In this document: positions 27,467-37,752 of the stretch, in pieces | How positions within the stretch are numbered: the stretch's first letter is position 1 | Layout: each line of letters opens with the position of its first letter | DNA from: Clostridia bacterium | GTDB taxonomy: Bacteria > Bacillota > Clostridia > Oscillospirales > CAG-272 | Length of the DNA stretch: 64,000 nt | Direction: 5' to 3' | Assembly: GCA_017461765.1 (NCBI GenBank) | Contig: JAFTXO010000019.1 | Location: forward strand, 6,050-70,049 | Notes under the pieces: model-generated | Seen by the model: the letters and a program-made list of their open reading frames with translations, nothing else | Databases searched by the model: none | What the model was told of the DNA's origin: nothing | Program-made: the position numbers and the translations under genes

Positions 27467-29431
27467 TTATTTGTTGCTGTCTTTTTTCTTTTTTATTACT
27501 ATTACGGCAACTGCTACTACTGCTATAACAACCGCTACGCAGATACATATGCCGACAATAAGTCCTGTTTTGTTACCGTCATCCTTGTCAGAGCCGTCGT
27601 TTGTGTTGTTGCCTGAAGAAGTGTCGGGAGTTGATGTCTCTTCTGTTACTGTACTCGTTTCTTCGCTTGTCTCGTCGCTCGTCTCTTCGCTTGTTTCTTC
27701 ACTGCTTGATTCATCCTCAAAGGGAGGATCATTCTCAACGGGAGGATCGGGAGTTATTTCGGGATAATCCGAAATCTCGGGAGCGCTGAGTCCAAGATTA
27801 TAGCCTACGAAGGCTGCGGGGAAGGATTCTGATGAATATATCTCAAGCTCAAGCACGTTCGGTATTGTTCCGCCGCATCTTGTAAATTCCAATCTTATAT
27901 CGCTCGTTGTAACGGGTGTTTCAAGATCATAGATCGTTGTGTAGCCCGTACGCTCGTTATAAGATTCGCCCTGCGCTATCGTTACATATTCGCCGTTTAC
28001 AAGAGCCTTGATATCAAATGATGTTACATCATCTCCGATAACTGCCGCTTCCTTGCAATATACAACTATCTTGTCTATCTCATATGTCTTATCAAGAACT
28101 ATTCCGCAATGAACAGGAAGATCCATGGTACTTGGAAACCAAACGGATGCCTCGGTATATGTTTTACCGTCATTCATAAAGAGCACATCGGAATAAGGAA
28201 TGTGGCTTGCGCTTGCATATGGCGTTCCAAGAATGGAGAGATTTCCTTTTGATGCCGACGTTTTCTGAAGCTCGGAAAATCTTGTGTTAAGATAATATGT
28301 TCTTTCGCCGTCAAGATGCGCTTCAAATTCATATACCGAGGGCGCACTTGTAAGCGCGTTCGGAAATACCAATCTTACAGCGTCGGTAGTAACCGTCTCT
28401 ATAGAATATTCAGTAACGCAGGTATTGTTTTCACTGTCAAAGGAATTACCCTCGGCAACCTTTGTCCATGCGCCGTCTATTTTTGCTTCGATTATGAACT
28501 GATAATTTTCGGGGGTTTTGCCAAGCGCTATCTCACCGAAATTTGCAACGAATTTATTTATATTGTATTCCTGCTCAAATTGCAATGTAAGAGCTTGACC
28601 CGCACTAAGATCGGAGGGCGACCAAGCAGTAGGCTTTTTATCATCGCCGTCTATTGCGAGGAAGGGATATGCAAATTTAGCGCTTGATGTAGCCTCGGGA
28701 AATGAATGGTAGCCTATGTTCTGTGAGAATACAGCGCCTTCGGGAAGGTCGATATCGGGTGTTACGCCCAATTTACCGATAAGCTGTACTTCATAGATAT
28801 ACGGGAAGAGCAAGATATCTCCGCCCGGATAGTTCTTACCGAATTCGCTTATATTAATTCTTACATTGTTTGTTGTAACGGGTGTTTCGAGAGTATATGT
28901 GAAATCCGACGGAATGTGATAGTTTGATTTATCATTTGTCATTGCTTCCTCATAGCTTGCATAGCTTTGAGGGGTGAAATCGGAATCGTAAAATACGGCA
29001 ATCTCCTGCCAAACGCCTTCAACAAGCGCCTCTACGGTATATTTTGTGTTCTGTCCGCCAAAAAGATTGTGAAGTCCGGCATTCATTTTGATCTCGTAGA
29101 TCTCATAGTATTCTTTATTAAGAAATTTAATTCCGCAGTATTCTCCGCTAAATCCCATAGACGTATCCTGACCGGGCTCTACTGAGGGATATTTCGGTTC
29201 CCAGCCGTGCCAGTCATCAGAGTTTGTAAGTCCGTTGATTATACTGCTTGGGGGTGTCCATGAGCTGTTTTTCTCGCTTGAGCAGTAGCCCATACCGTTT
29301 GTAGCGATGTTCGTAAGCTCCTCTGTCGACTCGGTCGGCGGTTCTTCCGAAGGCTCTTCGGCAAAAACAGTGTACGCCATACACGACACGAGCACCATTA
29401 TTGCACAAATAAACGATAAAAATCTTTTCAT
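27467..29431 (-). CDS. cell-surface protein with three galactose-binding-like (discoidin / F5-8 type C-like) modules and C-terminal TM anchor
   Basis: Signal peptide. Three repeats end in ETPVTTNNVRINISEF, ETVTTDAVRLVFPNAL and ETPVTTSDIRLEFTRC. These are followed by an acidic S/T linker and a TM helix plus KKKK stop-transfer. Confidence 0.55.
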   Translation of the reverse strand: MKRFLSFICAIMVLVSCMAYTVFAEEPSEEPPTESTEELTNIATNGMGYCSSEKNSSWTPPSSIINGLTNSDDWHGWEPKYPSVEPGQDTSMGFSGEYCGIKFLNKEYYEIYEIKMNAGLHNLFGGQNTKYTVEALVEGVWQEIAVFYDSDFTPQSYASYEEAMTNDKSNYHIPSDFTYTLETPVTTNNVRINISEFGKNYPGGDILLFPYIYEVQLIGKLGVTPDIDLPEGAVFSQNIGYHSFPEATSSAKFAYPFLAIDGDDKKPTAWSPSDLSAGQALTLQFEQEYNINKFVANFGEIALGKTPENYQFIIEAKIDGAWTKVAEGNSFDSENNTCVTEYSIETVTTDAVRLVFPNALTSAPSVYEFEAHLDGERTYYLNTRFSELQKTSASKGNLSILGTPYASASHIPYSDVLFMNDGKTYTEASVWFPSTMDLPVHCGIVLDKTYEIDKIVVYCKEAAVIGDDVTSFDIKALVNGEYVTIAQGESYNERTGYTTIYDLETPVTTSDIRLEFTRCGGTIPNVLELEIYSSESFPAAFVGYNLGLSAPEISDYPEITPDPPVENDPPFEDESSSEETSEETSDETSEETSTVTEETSTPDTSSGNNTNDGSDKDDGNKTGLIVGICICVAVVIAVVAVAVIVIKKKKDSNK

Positions 29432-29562
29432 AATGTTCTCCTTTTTTAGTGAATTTCACTATACTTATATATATAATATCATACGTAACGCAAAATTTCA
29501 AGTTATTTTGTTCATAAATTTCACAACAAGCATCACTTATTTTAGAATACACCATACAAAAA

Positions 29563-29589
29563 GCAAAAAGCTGTCGCGTGAGCGACAGC
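29563..29589 (-). terminator. intrinsic terminator after clpE
   Basis: Minus strand: stem gctgtcgc/gcgacagc followed by TTTTT. Confidence 0.75.
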
Positions 29590-29608
29590 CTCGGGCTTAA
29601 TTTTATTA

Positions 29609-31888
29609 TTAAAAATATGTGAGCTTTATCTCTCCGTTTTCCACATCCATGCTTGCCGCGGTTATTGGCGCTTTATTTTCGAAGATTATTGCGTTTGCCA
29701 AGCGATCCTCGATCTCGGTCTGAATAAATCTGCGCATATTTCTTGCGCCGAATTTTCTGCTAAAGGATTTTTCCGCAACATACTTGCAAAGTGCATCGGT
29801 ATATTTGAAGGTCATTCCCTTTTCGGAAAGCGCTTTTTCAAGATCTGCGAGCATTATATGAGAGATTTTCTCGAAATCCTGCTCGTTAAGAGCTCTGAAT
29901 GTGATTATCTCGTCTATTCTGTTTATAAATTCTGGACGCATAAACTGAGAGAGCGCTCTTTGTGTATTCTGATCCTCAAGGCTCTTTTGAGCATTTGAAA
30001 AGCCTGCGGTTGAGGATGACATATTAGCGCCTGCGTTCGTTGTCATTATGATAACGGTATTTTCAAAATTTATAACTCTGCCCTGAGCATCACTTACTCT
30101 GCCCTCGTCAAGTATTTGAAGCAATACATTTAACACATCGGGATGCGCCTTTTCTATCTCATCAAACAAAATAACCGAGTAGGGCTTGCGTCTTATTTTT
30201 TCCGTAAGCTGTCCTGCCTCGTCATAGCCTACGTATCCGGGAGGCGCGCCTATTATCTTTGATACAGAATGCTTTTCCATAAACTCCGACATATCAAGTC
30301 TTATAAGCGATTCGGGTGAATTAAAAAGATCCGATGCGAGCGTTTTTACAAGCTCGGTCTTTCCTACTCCTGTCGGGCCTGCAAATACGAATGATACCGG
30401 TCTGCGCTTTGCGCCGACACCTGCTCTGTTTCGTCTTATTGCTCTTGAAACTGCGTTTACAGCCTCGTCCTGACCTATAATTCTTGCTTTTATTCTTTCG
30501 TCAAGTCCTGCAAGCTTTTCAAACTCGTCCTCGGAGATGTTGCTTGCTGGAATACCCGTCCATATTTCTATTACCTCGGCAAGATCTGCCTTCGTCATCA
30601 CGGTATTTTCACATTCCTTATCAAGTCTTTCTTTATCTATAAGGAGCTGTGATCTTTGAGATTTGAGCTCGGCAAGCGCTTTATATTCGCTTTCCGTATG
30701 CTCCTTTCCCTCCTCGGAAAACTTTGCGTTTATGCTCTCCTCCTTCGCATCTATCTTAGCAAGCTCCTCTATAACCTTATGTCTTTCGGTTATATGCGGA
30801 GAGTGCAAAACTATATGCGAGCACGCTTCATCGATTATATCTATTGCCTTATCGGGTAAAAATCTGTCGGTTATATATCTTTCACTCATAACGACTGCGC
30901 TTCTTGCTATATCCTCAGGGATCTTTACTCCGTGGTATACCTCATAATAATGCTTTATTCCCATAAGCATCTCCACGCATTCGTCTATTGACGGCTCATC
31001 GACCTTAACAGGCTGAAATCTTCTTTCAAGCGCGGTATCCTTTTCGATATATTTACGGTATTCGGTCATCGTTGTCGCTCCGATTACCTGTATCTCGCCT
31101 CTTGAAAGAGCGGGCTTCAGTATATTTGCGGCGTTCATGCTTCCTTCGGAATTGCCTGCTCCGACTATATTATGGATCTCGTCTATTACAAGTATTATGT
31201 TGCCTGCCGCCTTTACCTCGTTCAAAAGTCCGTTTATTCTGGCTTCAAACTGACCTCTGAATTGAGTTCCCGCAACGAGCGCGGTAAGATCTACAAGGAA
31301 CACCTCGCAGTTTTTGAGCTTATAAGGAACATTTCCGTCGACTATTCTCTGTGCGAGCGCCTCCGCTATTGCTGTCTTTCCTACACCCGGCTCGCCTATA
31401 AGGCACGGGTTATTTTTTTGGCGGCGGCTGAGTATCTGAATAACTCTTTCAAGCTCCCGCTGTCTTCCGATTATCTTATCGAGCTTGCCGTTAAGCGCGT
31501 CGGCGGTGAGGTTATGGCAATAGGTATTGAGATTTTTTCTTTTATCCTTTTTATCCGAGTTGTTTTTCTTTTTCTTATCTTCATCGGATGCAGGACCAAA
31601 GCCTGTATTGCGCATAAGCTTACCGAAATCTATCGTAGGAGAGTCGTCGTCCTCATCATCAGCTGGAACTATTCCGTTGCCCTCCGACATTATTTCGCCG
31701 ACCATCTTTTCCATATTTTCGAGCTCCTCATCGGATATGCCCATTTTTCTCATTATATCATCAACGGGCTTTATGCCGAGCTCCTTGGCGCATACCAAGC
31801 AGATGCCCTCTTGCTTTTGCTCGTTGTTTTCTATCTTCATAATATAGACCGTTGCAGGTCTTTTTTTGCATCTTGCACACATTTGCAT
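29609..31888 (-). CDS. clpE: ClpE-type AAA+ Clp ATPase with N-terminal zinc ribbon
   Basis: CARC-X22-CLVC at the N-terminus. Two AAA modules ([16 protein letters not shown]). Start set to ATG at 31888 behind GGTGA; the ORF track starts at GTG 31897. Confidence 0.8.
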   Translation of the reverse strand: MQMCARCKKRPATVYIMKIENNEQKQEGICLVCAKELGIKPVDDIMRKMGISDEELENMEKMVGEIMSEGNGIVPADDEDDDSPTIDFGKLMRNTGFGPASDEDKKKKNNSDKKDKRKNLNTYCHNLTADALNGKLDKIIGRQRELERVIQILSRRQKNNPCLIGEPGVGKTAIAEALAQRIVDGNVPYKLKNCEVFLVDLTALVAGTQFRGQFEARINGLLNEVKAAGNIILVIDEIHNIVGAGNSEGSMNAANILKPALSRGEIQVIGATTMTEYRKYIEKDTALERRFQPVKVDEPSIDECVEMLMGIKHYYEVYHGVKIPEDIARSAVVMSERYITDRFLPDKAIDIIDEACSHIVLHSPHITERHKVIEELAKIDAKEESINAKFSEEGKEHTESEYKALAELKSQRSQLLIDKERLDKECENTVMTKADLAEVIEIWTGIPASNISEDEFEKLAGLDERIKARIIGQDEAVNAVSRAIRRNRAGVGAKRRPVSFVFAGPTGVGKTELVKTLASDLFNSPESLIRLDMSEFMEKHSVSKIIGAPPGYVGYDEAGQLTEKIRRKPYSVILFDEIEKAHPDVLNVLLQILDEGRVSDAQGRVINFENTVIIMTTNAGANMSSSTAGFSNAQKSLEDQNTQRALSQFMRPEFINRIDEIITFRALNEQDFEKISHIMLADLEKALSEKGMTFKYTDALCKYVAEKSFSRKFGARNMRRFIQTEIEDRLANAIIFENKAPITAASMDVENGEIKLTYF

Positions 31889-31935
31889 AATTATCACCTT
31901 CTAACTAATTGCTTTTTCTATTCCCGCTATCTTCA

Positions 31936-31975
31936 CAAAAAGCAACCTAAATCGAAAAACCTATCGAGGTTGCTT
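31936..31975 (-). terminator. hairpin with U-tract in the CotH2-clpE intergenic region
   Basis: Minus strand: stem aagcaacct/aggttgctt followed by TTTTT, about 100 nt after the CotH2 stop and about 45 nt before the clpE start. Confidence 0.5.
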
Positions 31976-32077
31976 TTCTTTTGTCGGCAGAAACAGTTCA
32001 CAAAGTGAACCTTCCCACAAGGTGCGGGGATTTATTTTATCAGAGATACAGAACTGTCCCATGTCTCCATAAATATT

Positions 32078-34180
32078 TTATTTAAACTGAGTTTCCATCC
32101 ATTCAAGATGCTCGTCAAGCCATGCTAAAAACTCTTGTTTTCTTGTTGAAAGTGATTTAACGGATGTGCCAAAACGAGCATTTTCATACTTCAAAAGCGT
32201 CATGTACGCTTCCTCGTCTATTTGAGAAAACGCTTCATTTACCGAATCATTCAACAGTCCGTAGGTTTCTGCAAAAAGCTCCTTGTAGCGTTGCTGGAAG
32301 GATTCCTTTTTTATCAGGTATGGATAATAAAACGGAGCGCCATTCCAATAGATTCTTATTGTTGCAAGAGCTTCGACATTTCCCATATAGGAATCGAAAT
32401 CCCAGTTGGGCCCCATAGTTATCTTTGTATCAGAGGTTGAGTCCTTTTTGTAAAGAAAGATATTACAGCCCCCTCCGTCATTTATACATAGGTAATCGGA
32501 CACAAGAAGCCATTTTACAAAGGAATCCAAGTCAATATAATCAAGGTATGAATCATCGTCTTTCTGCAACGCCTGCTCAAATTCGATCATATAATTCCTT
32601 AAATAGGCATACTCAAAAGAATCCTGAGTGATTTGATCAGAGTCGGGATATTTGAATGTAAAATACATCGGCGTATTTTCAGTCATTGGAGTACTGAAAT
32701 ACAGATCCTCATTCCACCAATAAGCATCACACTCAAATACATATCCGTCGCTATCTACATTAACGCGCCATTTCTCATCACTTTCGCCGCTTCCTTCTTC
32801 AACCGCCTCGGATAAAACATACAGCCCACGGTATTCTCCGTTCAAATACAAGCTGACATAACAGTAATCCGGCGACCATTCGGTTTCAACAGCATCGGCG
32901 ATTGCATCTCCGCAAATACGGTAACCGTCCGCACCGTAGTTGAGAAGCACCCAATCCTTGTCCGCATAGGCTTCACTGTCGTCAGGACGACCTATTAAAG
33001 GCTCTAAGAGGTCGTATTTTTTGTCAAGCTTTAATTTGTATGGATATCTTTGATTTGAGGAATAAGTGGCGCTTGTATTTCCGCGAATCTTTAATTTTGC
33101 GCCTAGGAACTCCTCATCTTGACCGTTTTCGGCGGATGAGCTGTAAACAACCTCGTTATTTTCATTGTACAAGGTCACTATGCACTGCTCATAAAAGGCG
33201 TTGGTGATACCTGCGCCCCAGCATCCATCAGGTGATTGGACAAAATCACACTGTGGCCATATGTAATTTTCCGTTGTTATTTCAACTCTTGGGAACGCTA
33301 CACTCCTGGGCTCTTCCATATAACAAGCCTTAATCACTACCATCTGTCCCACGTTATTATAGCCTACTGCTCTTAGTGAAACCGAATAGATTTTATCTTC
33401 TGTCATACTGAAAAGCTCTGCCTTGCCCAAGGACGCGTCTATGTATTCAACGCGAGAGCCTGTGCCATCGTTATAGCTTACCTCAACATATCTTATTGGA
33501 TCTTCGGGATTTTCCTCCCAGGTCACCGTAATTTTTCCGTCATCGGAAATTCCGTATCCATAGTCACTAAAGATTTCTCTTTGTGCAATCGACATAGATT
33601 TTGTGCTTGTAGTGACCGTCAAATCGGACTCAACACCGTAAATGCAATACAAATCCCCACCAACGCATTCGACAGAGGAATATTGTCCCTCTATTTTAAT
33701 ATCATATACACGGTATTTCTTAACAGGCTTCAAAACGAGCCAAATGTTGCCTGTGCCATCATTTTTAGGATTACCACCCGGAAAATCCGAGGAATAGTAA
33801 AGCCCTGCCAGTTCTTCGGGTACAGATGCGTCGCCTGTATAAGGAGATGAGATTACATTATTATTCGGGTTTAAAACGGCAAAGTAACAGTCCGGCTCTT
33901 CAGAATCAGGATTTTCCAAATCGGACTCCGAGCTGCTTGACTGGTTTTCCAAATTCTCTGTTTCGCTCTCCGAGCTGCTTGTCTCAGTTGTCGAGTCCTC
34001 TGTTTCGCTTTCCGTGTTGCTTGATTCAGCTACCGATTCTTCTGTTTCACTCTGCGGCTGTTGTGAGGACTCCTCGCTTGAAGATTCAATGCTTTCTGTG
34101 CTACTCAAGCACCCTGTAAGGCTTATACAAAGAACAAGAGTGATAAACGCAAGAATGTAAATTTTAAGTTTCAACTTCAT
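32078..34180 (-). CDS. CotH kinase-family lipoprotein
   Basis: Lipobox LTGC and an acidic Ser/Glu linker. CotH blocks KLKIRGNTSATYSSNQRYPYKLKLDKKYDLL, WVLLNYGADGYRI and VSLYLNGEYRGLYVLSEA. Confidence 0.8.
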   Translation of the reverse strand: MKLKLKIYILAFITLVLCISLTGCLSSTESIESSSEESSQQPQSETEESVAESSNTESETEDSTTETSSSESETENLENQSSSSESDLENPDSEEPDCYFAVLNPNNNVISSPYTGDASVPEELAGLYYSSDFPGGNPKNDGTGNIWLVLKPVKKYRVYDIKIEGQYSSVECVGGDLYCIYGVESDLTVTTSTKSMSIAQREIFSDYGYGISDDGKITVTWEENPEDPIRYVEVSYNDGTGSRVEYIDASLGKAELFSMTEDKIYSVSLRAVGYNNVGQMVVIKACYMEEPRSVAFPRVEITTENYIWPQCDFVQSPDGCWGAGITNAFYEQCIVTLYNENNEVVYSSSAENGQDEEFLGAKLKIRGNTSATYSSNQRYPYKLKLDKKYDLLEPLIGRPDDSEAYADKDWVLLNYGADGYRICGDAIADAVETEWSPDYCYVSLYLNGEYRGLYVLSEAVEEGSGESDEKWRVNVDSDGYVFECDAYWWNEDLYFSTPMTENTPMYFTFKYPDSDQITQDSFEYAYLRNYMIEFEQALQKDDDSYLDYIDLDSFVKWLLVSDYLCINDGGGCNIFLYKKDSTSDTKITMGPNWDFDSYMGNVEALATIRIYWNGAPFYYPYLIKKESFQQRYKELFAETYGLLNDSVNEAFSQIDEEAYMTLLKYENARFGTSVKSLSTRKQEFLAWLDEHLEWMETQFK

Positions 34181-34452
34181 CGGACTTCTCCTTTTAAAAG
34201 TTTTTCAAAAAGACATAACTACTATTTAATTTTACCACAAATCGCGTTCCGATAACCTAATTATAGAATTAAAAATATTTTTCAAATTTATTTTACATTG
34301 CTTTGTTAGAAATTGGCCATATAATCCTATCAGCAAAAGCCGAAAGATCCGTATATAGCAATCCTTAAGCCTTATGTTATAAGTGTAATGCAGAAAAAAT
34401 ATGGTATCGATTATCATTCAAAGCATTATTGATTTTTCGATTTACGCACACA

Positions 34453-35154
34453 TTAGATCAGAATATCATACTGCCGCAACAGCGACATAAAGACAGATCT
34501 GTCTATTATCTCAATATTAAAATCGGAATTGTAAGGCCCGATATTTTTTATCAAAAAAGATATTGCTATACTTAAGCCGACTATAACGCATCCTGCAACC
34601 GCGACACCGAAGCACAGTCCAAGCAGTCTGTTTATCCATTTTATCACGGCAAATTTCGTGAGCAGATTTATAGCGTGTATTACCACAGTAAAAATTATTA
34701 TAAGAACAGCAAATATCGCGAGCACTGCAATTATATTTGATAACATATATGAAAGCGCAGAGCCTATATTCGACGAAAGCGCTTCTACAATCTCGGGTGT
34801 TGCCTGATCTATTGAGCCAAGAACGGAAAGCGAGTCCATATCAACGCCGAAGCATTTTAATATTACATTATAAAAAGCGGGAAAATCTTCGTATATCGAA
34901 GCGAAATCTATAAACGGATCGCCGCCGGAGTGCGATTCAAAAAGCGACGTTCTCACCCAACCGACTACGGCATTATTCATAAATAATGAATCGATCCATT
35001 TTGCGACGGGGACACGGAACACTACAGCCAAAAAAACAGCCAGAATAGTCTTTATAAAATCAAGCACCGACTTTACAAAGCCTTTTCTTGCGTATCTTAT
35101 GGGAAATACGATCAGAGTAAGAATATAGAACGAATCTATTATCAAACTTGCCAC
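34453..35154 (-). CDS. CvpA family membrane protein
   Basis: 233 aa with four TM helices. The N-terminal pattern resembles colicin V production protein family members. Confidence 0.6.
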   Translation of the reverse strand: MASLIIDSFYILTLIVFPIRYARKGFVKSVLDFIKTILAVFLAVVFRVPVAKWIDSLFMNNAVVGWVRTSLFESHSGGDPFIDFASIYEDFPAFYNVILKCFGVDMDSLSVLGSIDQATPEIVEALSSNIGSALSYMLSNIIAVLAIFAVLIIIFTVVIHAINLLTKFAVIKWINRLLGLCFGVAVAGCVIVGLSIAISFLIKNIGPYNSDFNIEIIDRSVFMSLLRQYDILI

Positions 35155-35301
35155 GGATTGTCCCCTTTCTTTAATTATATTCTTATGTATTAAATTATAA
35201 CTTTATTTCTTTGGGTTGTCAATAGTATGCCCAAAATAAAAGCGAAAATCACTTTAAAGATAAAAGAAACGGGCGAATTTCCGCCCGTTTCTGTCTTTCT
35301 C

Positions 35302-36030
35302 TTAACTGAACCATCCTCGTGCAACTTCCCATACATTATTGTCACGGAAGAACCGCAAGAATATCGACTGGTCAACAATCGGTCCAAAGACACCTTCATT
35401 ATAACTCCTTGCGAAGTTGATAACCCAGATAATACCCTCGGAAAGAAGCCATATCATTACTGCCGCGATAACTGCACCAACGCATGCGCCAAGTAAAATA
35501 TTGAGTACTCTAAATACAGGAAGATCTCCAACCTTTTCAAGAAGCTTGCCTACAAAAATAAGCAATATCTGAATAACGATGAAGAGTACCAACACAGCTA
35601 CGACCGTTGAGATCAGATTTGAAAGCTGAACGCTAAGACCGTTTGTTATCTGCTGCATCGTTTCATGCGATGCCCCTTCCTGACCAAGAAGATATGTGTT
35701 AACTGTATTTTCATCAACACCGAATTTGGTTATGAATTTTACAAACCAATCGGGAATACCGTCAAACACATTGTATAGCTCATAAAGTCCTGTGCCCTCA
35801 TTGTATGTAGCACCAAAAGCATCGAGTATCCATTTTTCCGAAAGACTATCAAAGAACCAAGCCTTCAACAATCTTGCGAGCGGTGCATTAAACACATATG
35901 CTATGAACACCGCAAGTATTGCACGGGCAAAACCCATAAACGATTTTATAAATCCGTTTACTGCATTTTTGATTACGACGATAAGACATATGAGCATTAA
36001 AATTATGTCAATTATCAATCCTACAACCAT
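35302..36030 (-). CDS. CvpA family membrane protein (paralog)
   Basis: 242 aa with the same topology and an N-terminal IDIILMLICLIVVIKNAVNGFIKSF pattern. Confidence 0.65.
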   Translation of the reverse strand: MVVGLIIDIILMLICLIVVIKNAVNGFIKSFMGFARAILAVFIAYVFNAPLARLLKAWFFDSLSEKWILDAFGATYNEGTGLYELYNVFDGIPDWFVKFITKFGVDENTVNTYLLGQEGASHETMQQITNGLSVQLSNLISTVVAVLVLFIVIQILLIFVGKLLEKVGDLPVFRVLNILLGACVGAVIAAVMIWLLSEGIIWVINFARSYNEGVFGPIVDQSIFLRFFRDNNVWEVARGWFS

Positions 36031-36136
36031 CTATTATCTCCTATCAATTTTTAAGGCATGAGCCTTAAGACGCCGTTTGTTGCCTATGCTTTATGATGTT
36101 TTGTTTAATGTATTATACTATAAATTTAGTCAATTG

Positions 36137-36901
36137 TCAAGAATTCAAATAAAATATTTTTTGTAAATATAATCCGTCCGCTTTTGCGGTGCTTCCCGAT
36201 CTTTTTCTGTCCTTTGCCAAAATTATGTCGGGAATGGTATTTTCATGTATTTTTCCCTTTTCGACATCCAAAAGCGTGCCTACCATTATTCTAACCATAT
36301 TGTAAAGAAATCCGTTTGCCAAAATATGAAATTCGATATTTTCGCCGTTTCTTTTAAGATAACTCTCATACACCGTTCTTTCGGTGTTTTCTATTTTTGA
36401 GCCGGATGACATAAATGAATCAAATTCATGTGTTCCGATATAAAAGGATGCGGCTTTTTGCATTTTTTCAAAGCTTTCGTCACTTATCTCTTTACCGTAT
36501 TCGAGAGCTCTTTTATTAAGGAAAGGATCTCTCAGTGTGCTTGCGTGAATCTTATAGACGTATTCTTTTTTCGCAACATCGTATCTTGCGTGAAAGGTGC
36601 TCGGCACTTCTTTTGCATCGAGCACGCTTATATCATCGGGGAGCGAGAGATTTAAAACAAGTGGGATCTTTTCTATCGGAACGGTTATTTTTTCGTTTGG
36701 ATCCTTCGGCTCAACCGTTGCGCAATAGCCAAGCGCGTGGACTCCGCTATCGGTACGGCTACAGCCCGTAACGTTACATTCTATACCGAAGGCATCTCTT
36801 ACTGCTTTATTGAGCATAAGCGAGACTGTCGGCTTATCCTTTTGAAGCTGGTAGCCCTGATAATTTGTTCCGACATATGCTATGGTAAGAAGAATCTTCA
36901 T
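36137..36901 (-). CDS. truA: tRNA pseudouridine(38-40) synthase
   Basis: YVGTNYQGYQ and catalytic GCSRTDSGVHA motifs. Start moved to ATG at 36901 behind GGAGG. Confidence 0.92.
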   Translation of the reverse strand: MKILLTIAYVGTNYQGYQLQKDKPTVSLMLNKAVRDAFGIECNVTGCSRTDSGVHALGYCATVEPKDPNEKITVPIEKIPLVLNLSLPDDISVLDAKEVPSTFHARYDVAKKEYVYKIHASTLRDPFLNKRALEYGKEISDESFEKMQKAASFYIGTHEFDSFMSSGSKIENTERTVYESYLKRNGENIEFHILANGFLYNMVRIMVGTLLDVEKGKIHENTIPDIILAKDRKRSGSTAKADGLYLQKIFYLNS

Positions 36902-36912
36902 AAAAGCCTCCT

Positions 36913-37752
36913 TCAAAGCTTATATCCGTTTGCGTAGATATTTATAAGGATAACTCCTGCGAGCATTGCGATGCTTAAAAGAAGAAATATATAATCTCTT
37001 GCTTTCATTTTTAAGACCTTCATTCTCGTTCTGCCGTTTCCGCCGTGATAGCATCTGCATTCCATAGCGGTGGCAAGCTCCTCTGCTCTTCTGAATGAGG
37101 ATACGAAAAGCGGTATTATTATAGGTATAAGCGCTTTTGCTCTTTTTATAAGTCCGCCTGATGAAAATTCCGCGCCTCTTGCTTTTTGTGCGTTCATTAT
37201 CTTAGTCGTTTCGTCAACGAGCGTTGGTATGAAGCGAAGCGCGATAGTCATCATCATTGCGAATTCGTGAACGGGAACTTTTATCTTTTTAAGAGGAGCG
37301 AGTCCCTTTTCAAGCCCGTCAGTCAGCTCTATCGGTGTTGTGGTGTACGAGAAAAAGAGCGTTGTTCCTATAAGAAGAAGGATTATTCTAAGTGCCAGAA
37401 TGCCTGCGTTTATAAGTCCCTTCCAATGAAGCGTCATCGTCCAGAAATTCGGAATTATAGTAACGGAAAATATAGGGTCGGCATCTGATGTCGTCCAAAA
37501 CATATTTAAGACTGCTGTAAAAATTATAATTATCGTAAGGGGCTTAAGTCCTTTTAAAATTATACGGATCGGTACTCTGCTGACAGCAACAAAAAGAACT
37601 ACTGCGGCAGCAAGAAACGCAAACGCGTATATATCCTTTGCAACAAATATCGAAACTATGAACACGATCACAAAAAGGAGCTTTGACCGAGGGTCAAGGC
37701 GGTGAATAACGGAGTTGCCCTCATAATATTGACCGAGTGCTATATTATCCAT
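36913..37752 (-). CDS. ecfT: ECF transporter transmembrane component
   Basis: 279 aa polytopic protein with the ARGAE coupling motif. Position after the two ecfA genes. Confidence 0.88.
   Translation of the reverse strand: MDNIALGQYYEGNSVIHRLDPRSKLLFVIVFIVSIFVAKDIYAFAFLAAAVVLFVAVSRVPIRIILKGLKPLTIIIIFTAVLNMFWTTSDADPIFSVTIIPNFWTMTLHWKGLINAGILALRIILLLIGTTLFFSYTTTPIELTDGLEKGLAPLKKIKVPVHEFAMMMTIALRFIPTLVDETTKIMNAQKARGAEFSSGGLIKRAKALIPIIIPLFVSSFRRAEELATAMECRCYHGGNGRTRMKVLKMKARDYIFLLLSIAMLAGVILINIYANGYKL

Noticed and set aside
34232-34417. 61-aa minus-strand ORF between CotH2 and cvpA.
   Set aside because: It has no Shine-Dalgarno and a low-complexity AT-driven sequence. The region more likely holds the CotH2 promoter.
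35190-35496. 69-aa and 89-aa ORFs between or over the cvpA paralogs.
   Set aside because: They overlap the 3' end of the upstream cvpA paralog, lack an RBS and have no motifs.
36031-36136. Hairpin ttaaggc-atga-gccttaa after truA, as a possible terminator.
   Set aside because: No U-tract follows on either strand, so truA may read through into the cvpA genes.
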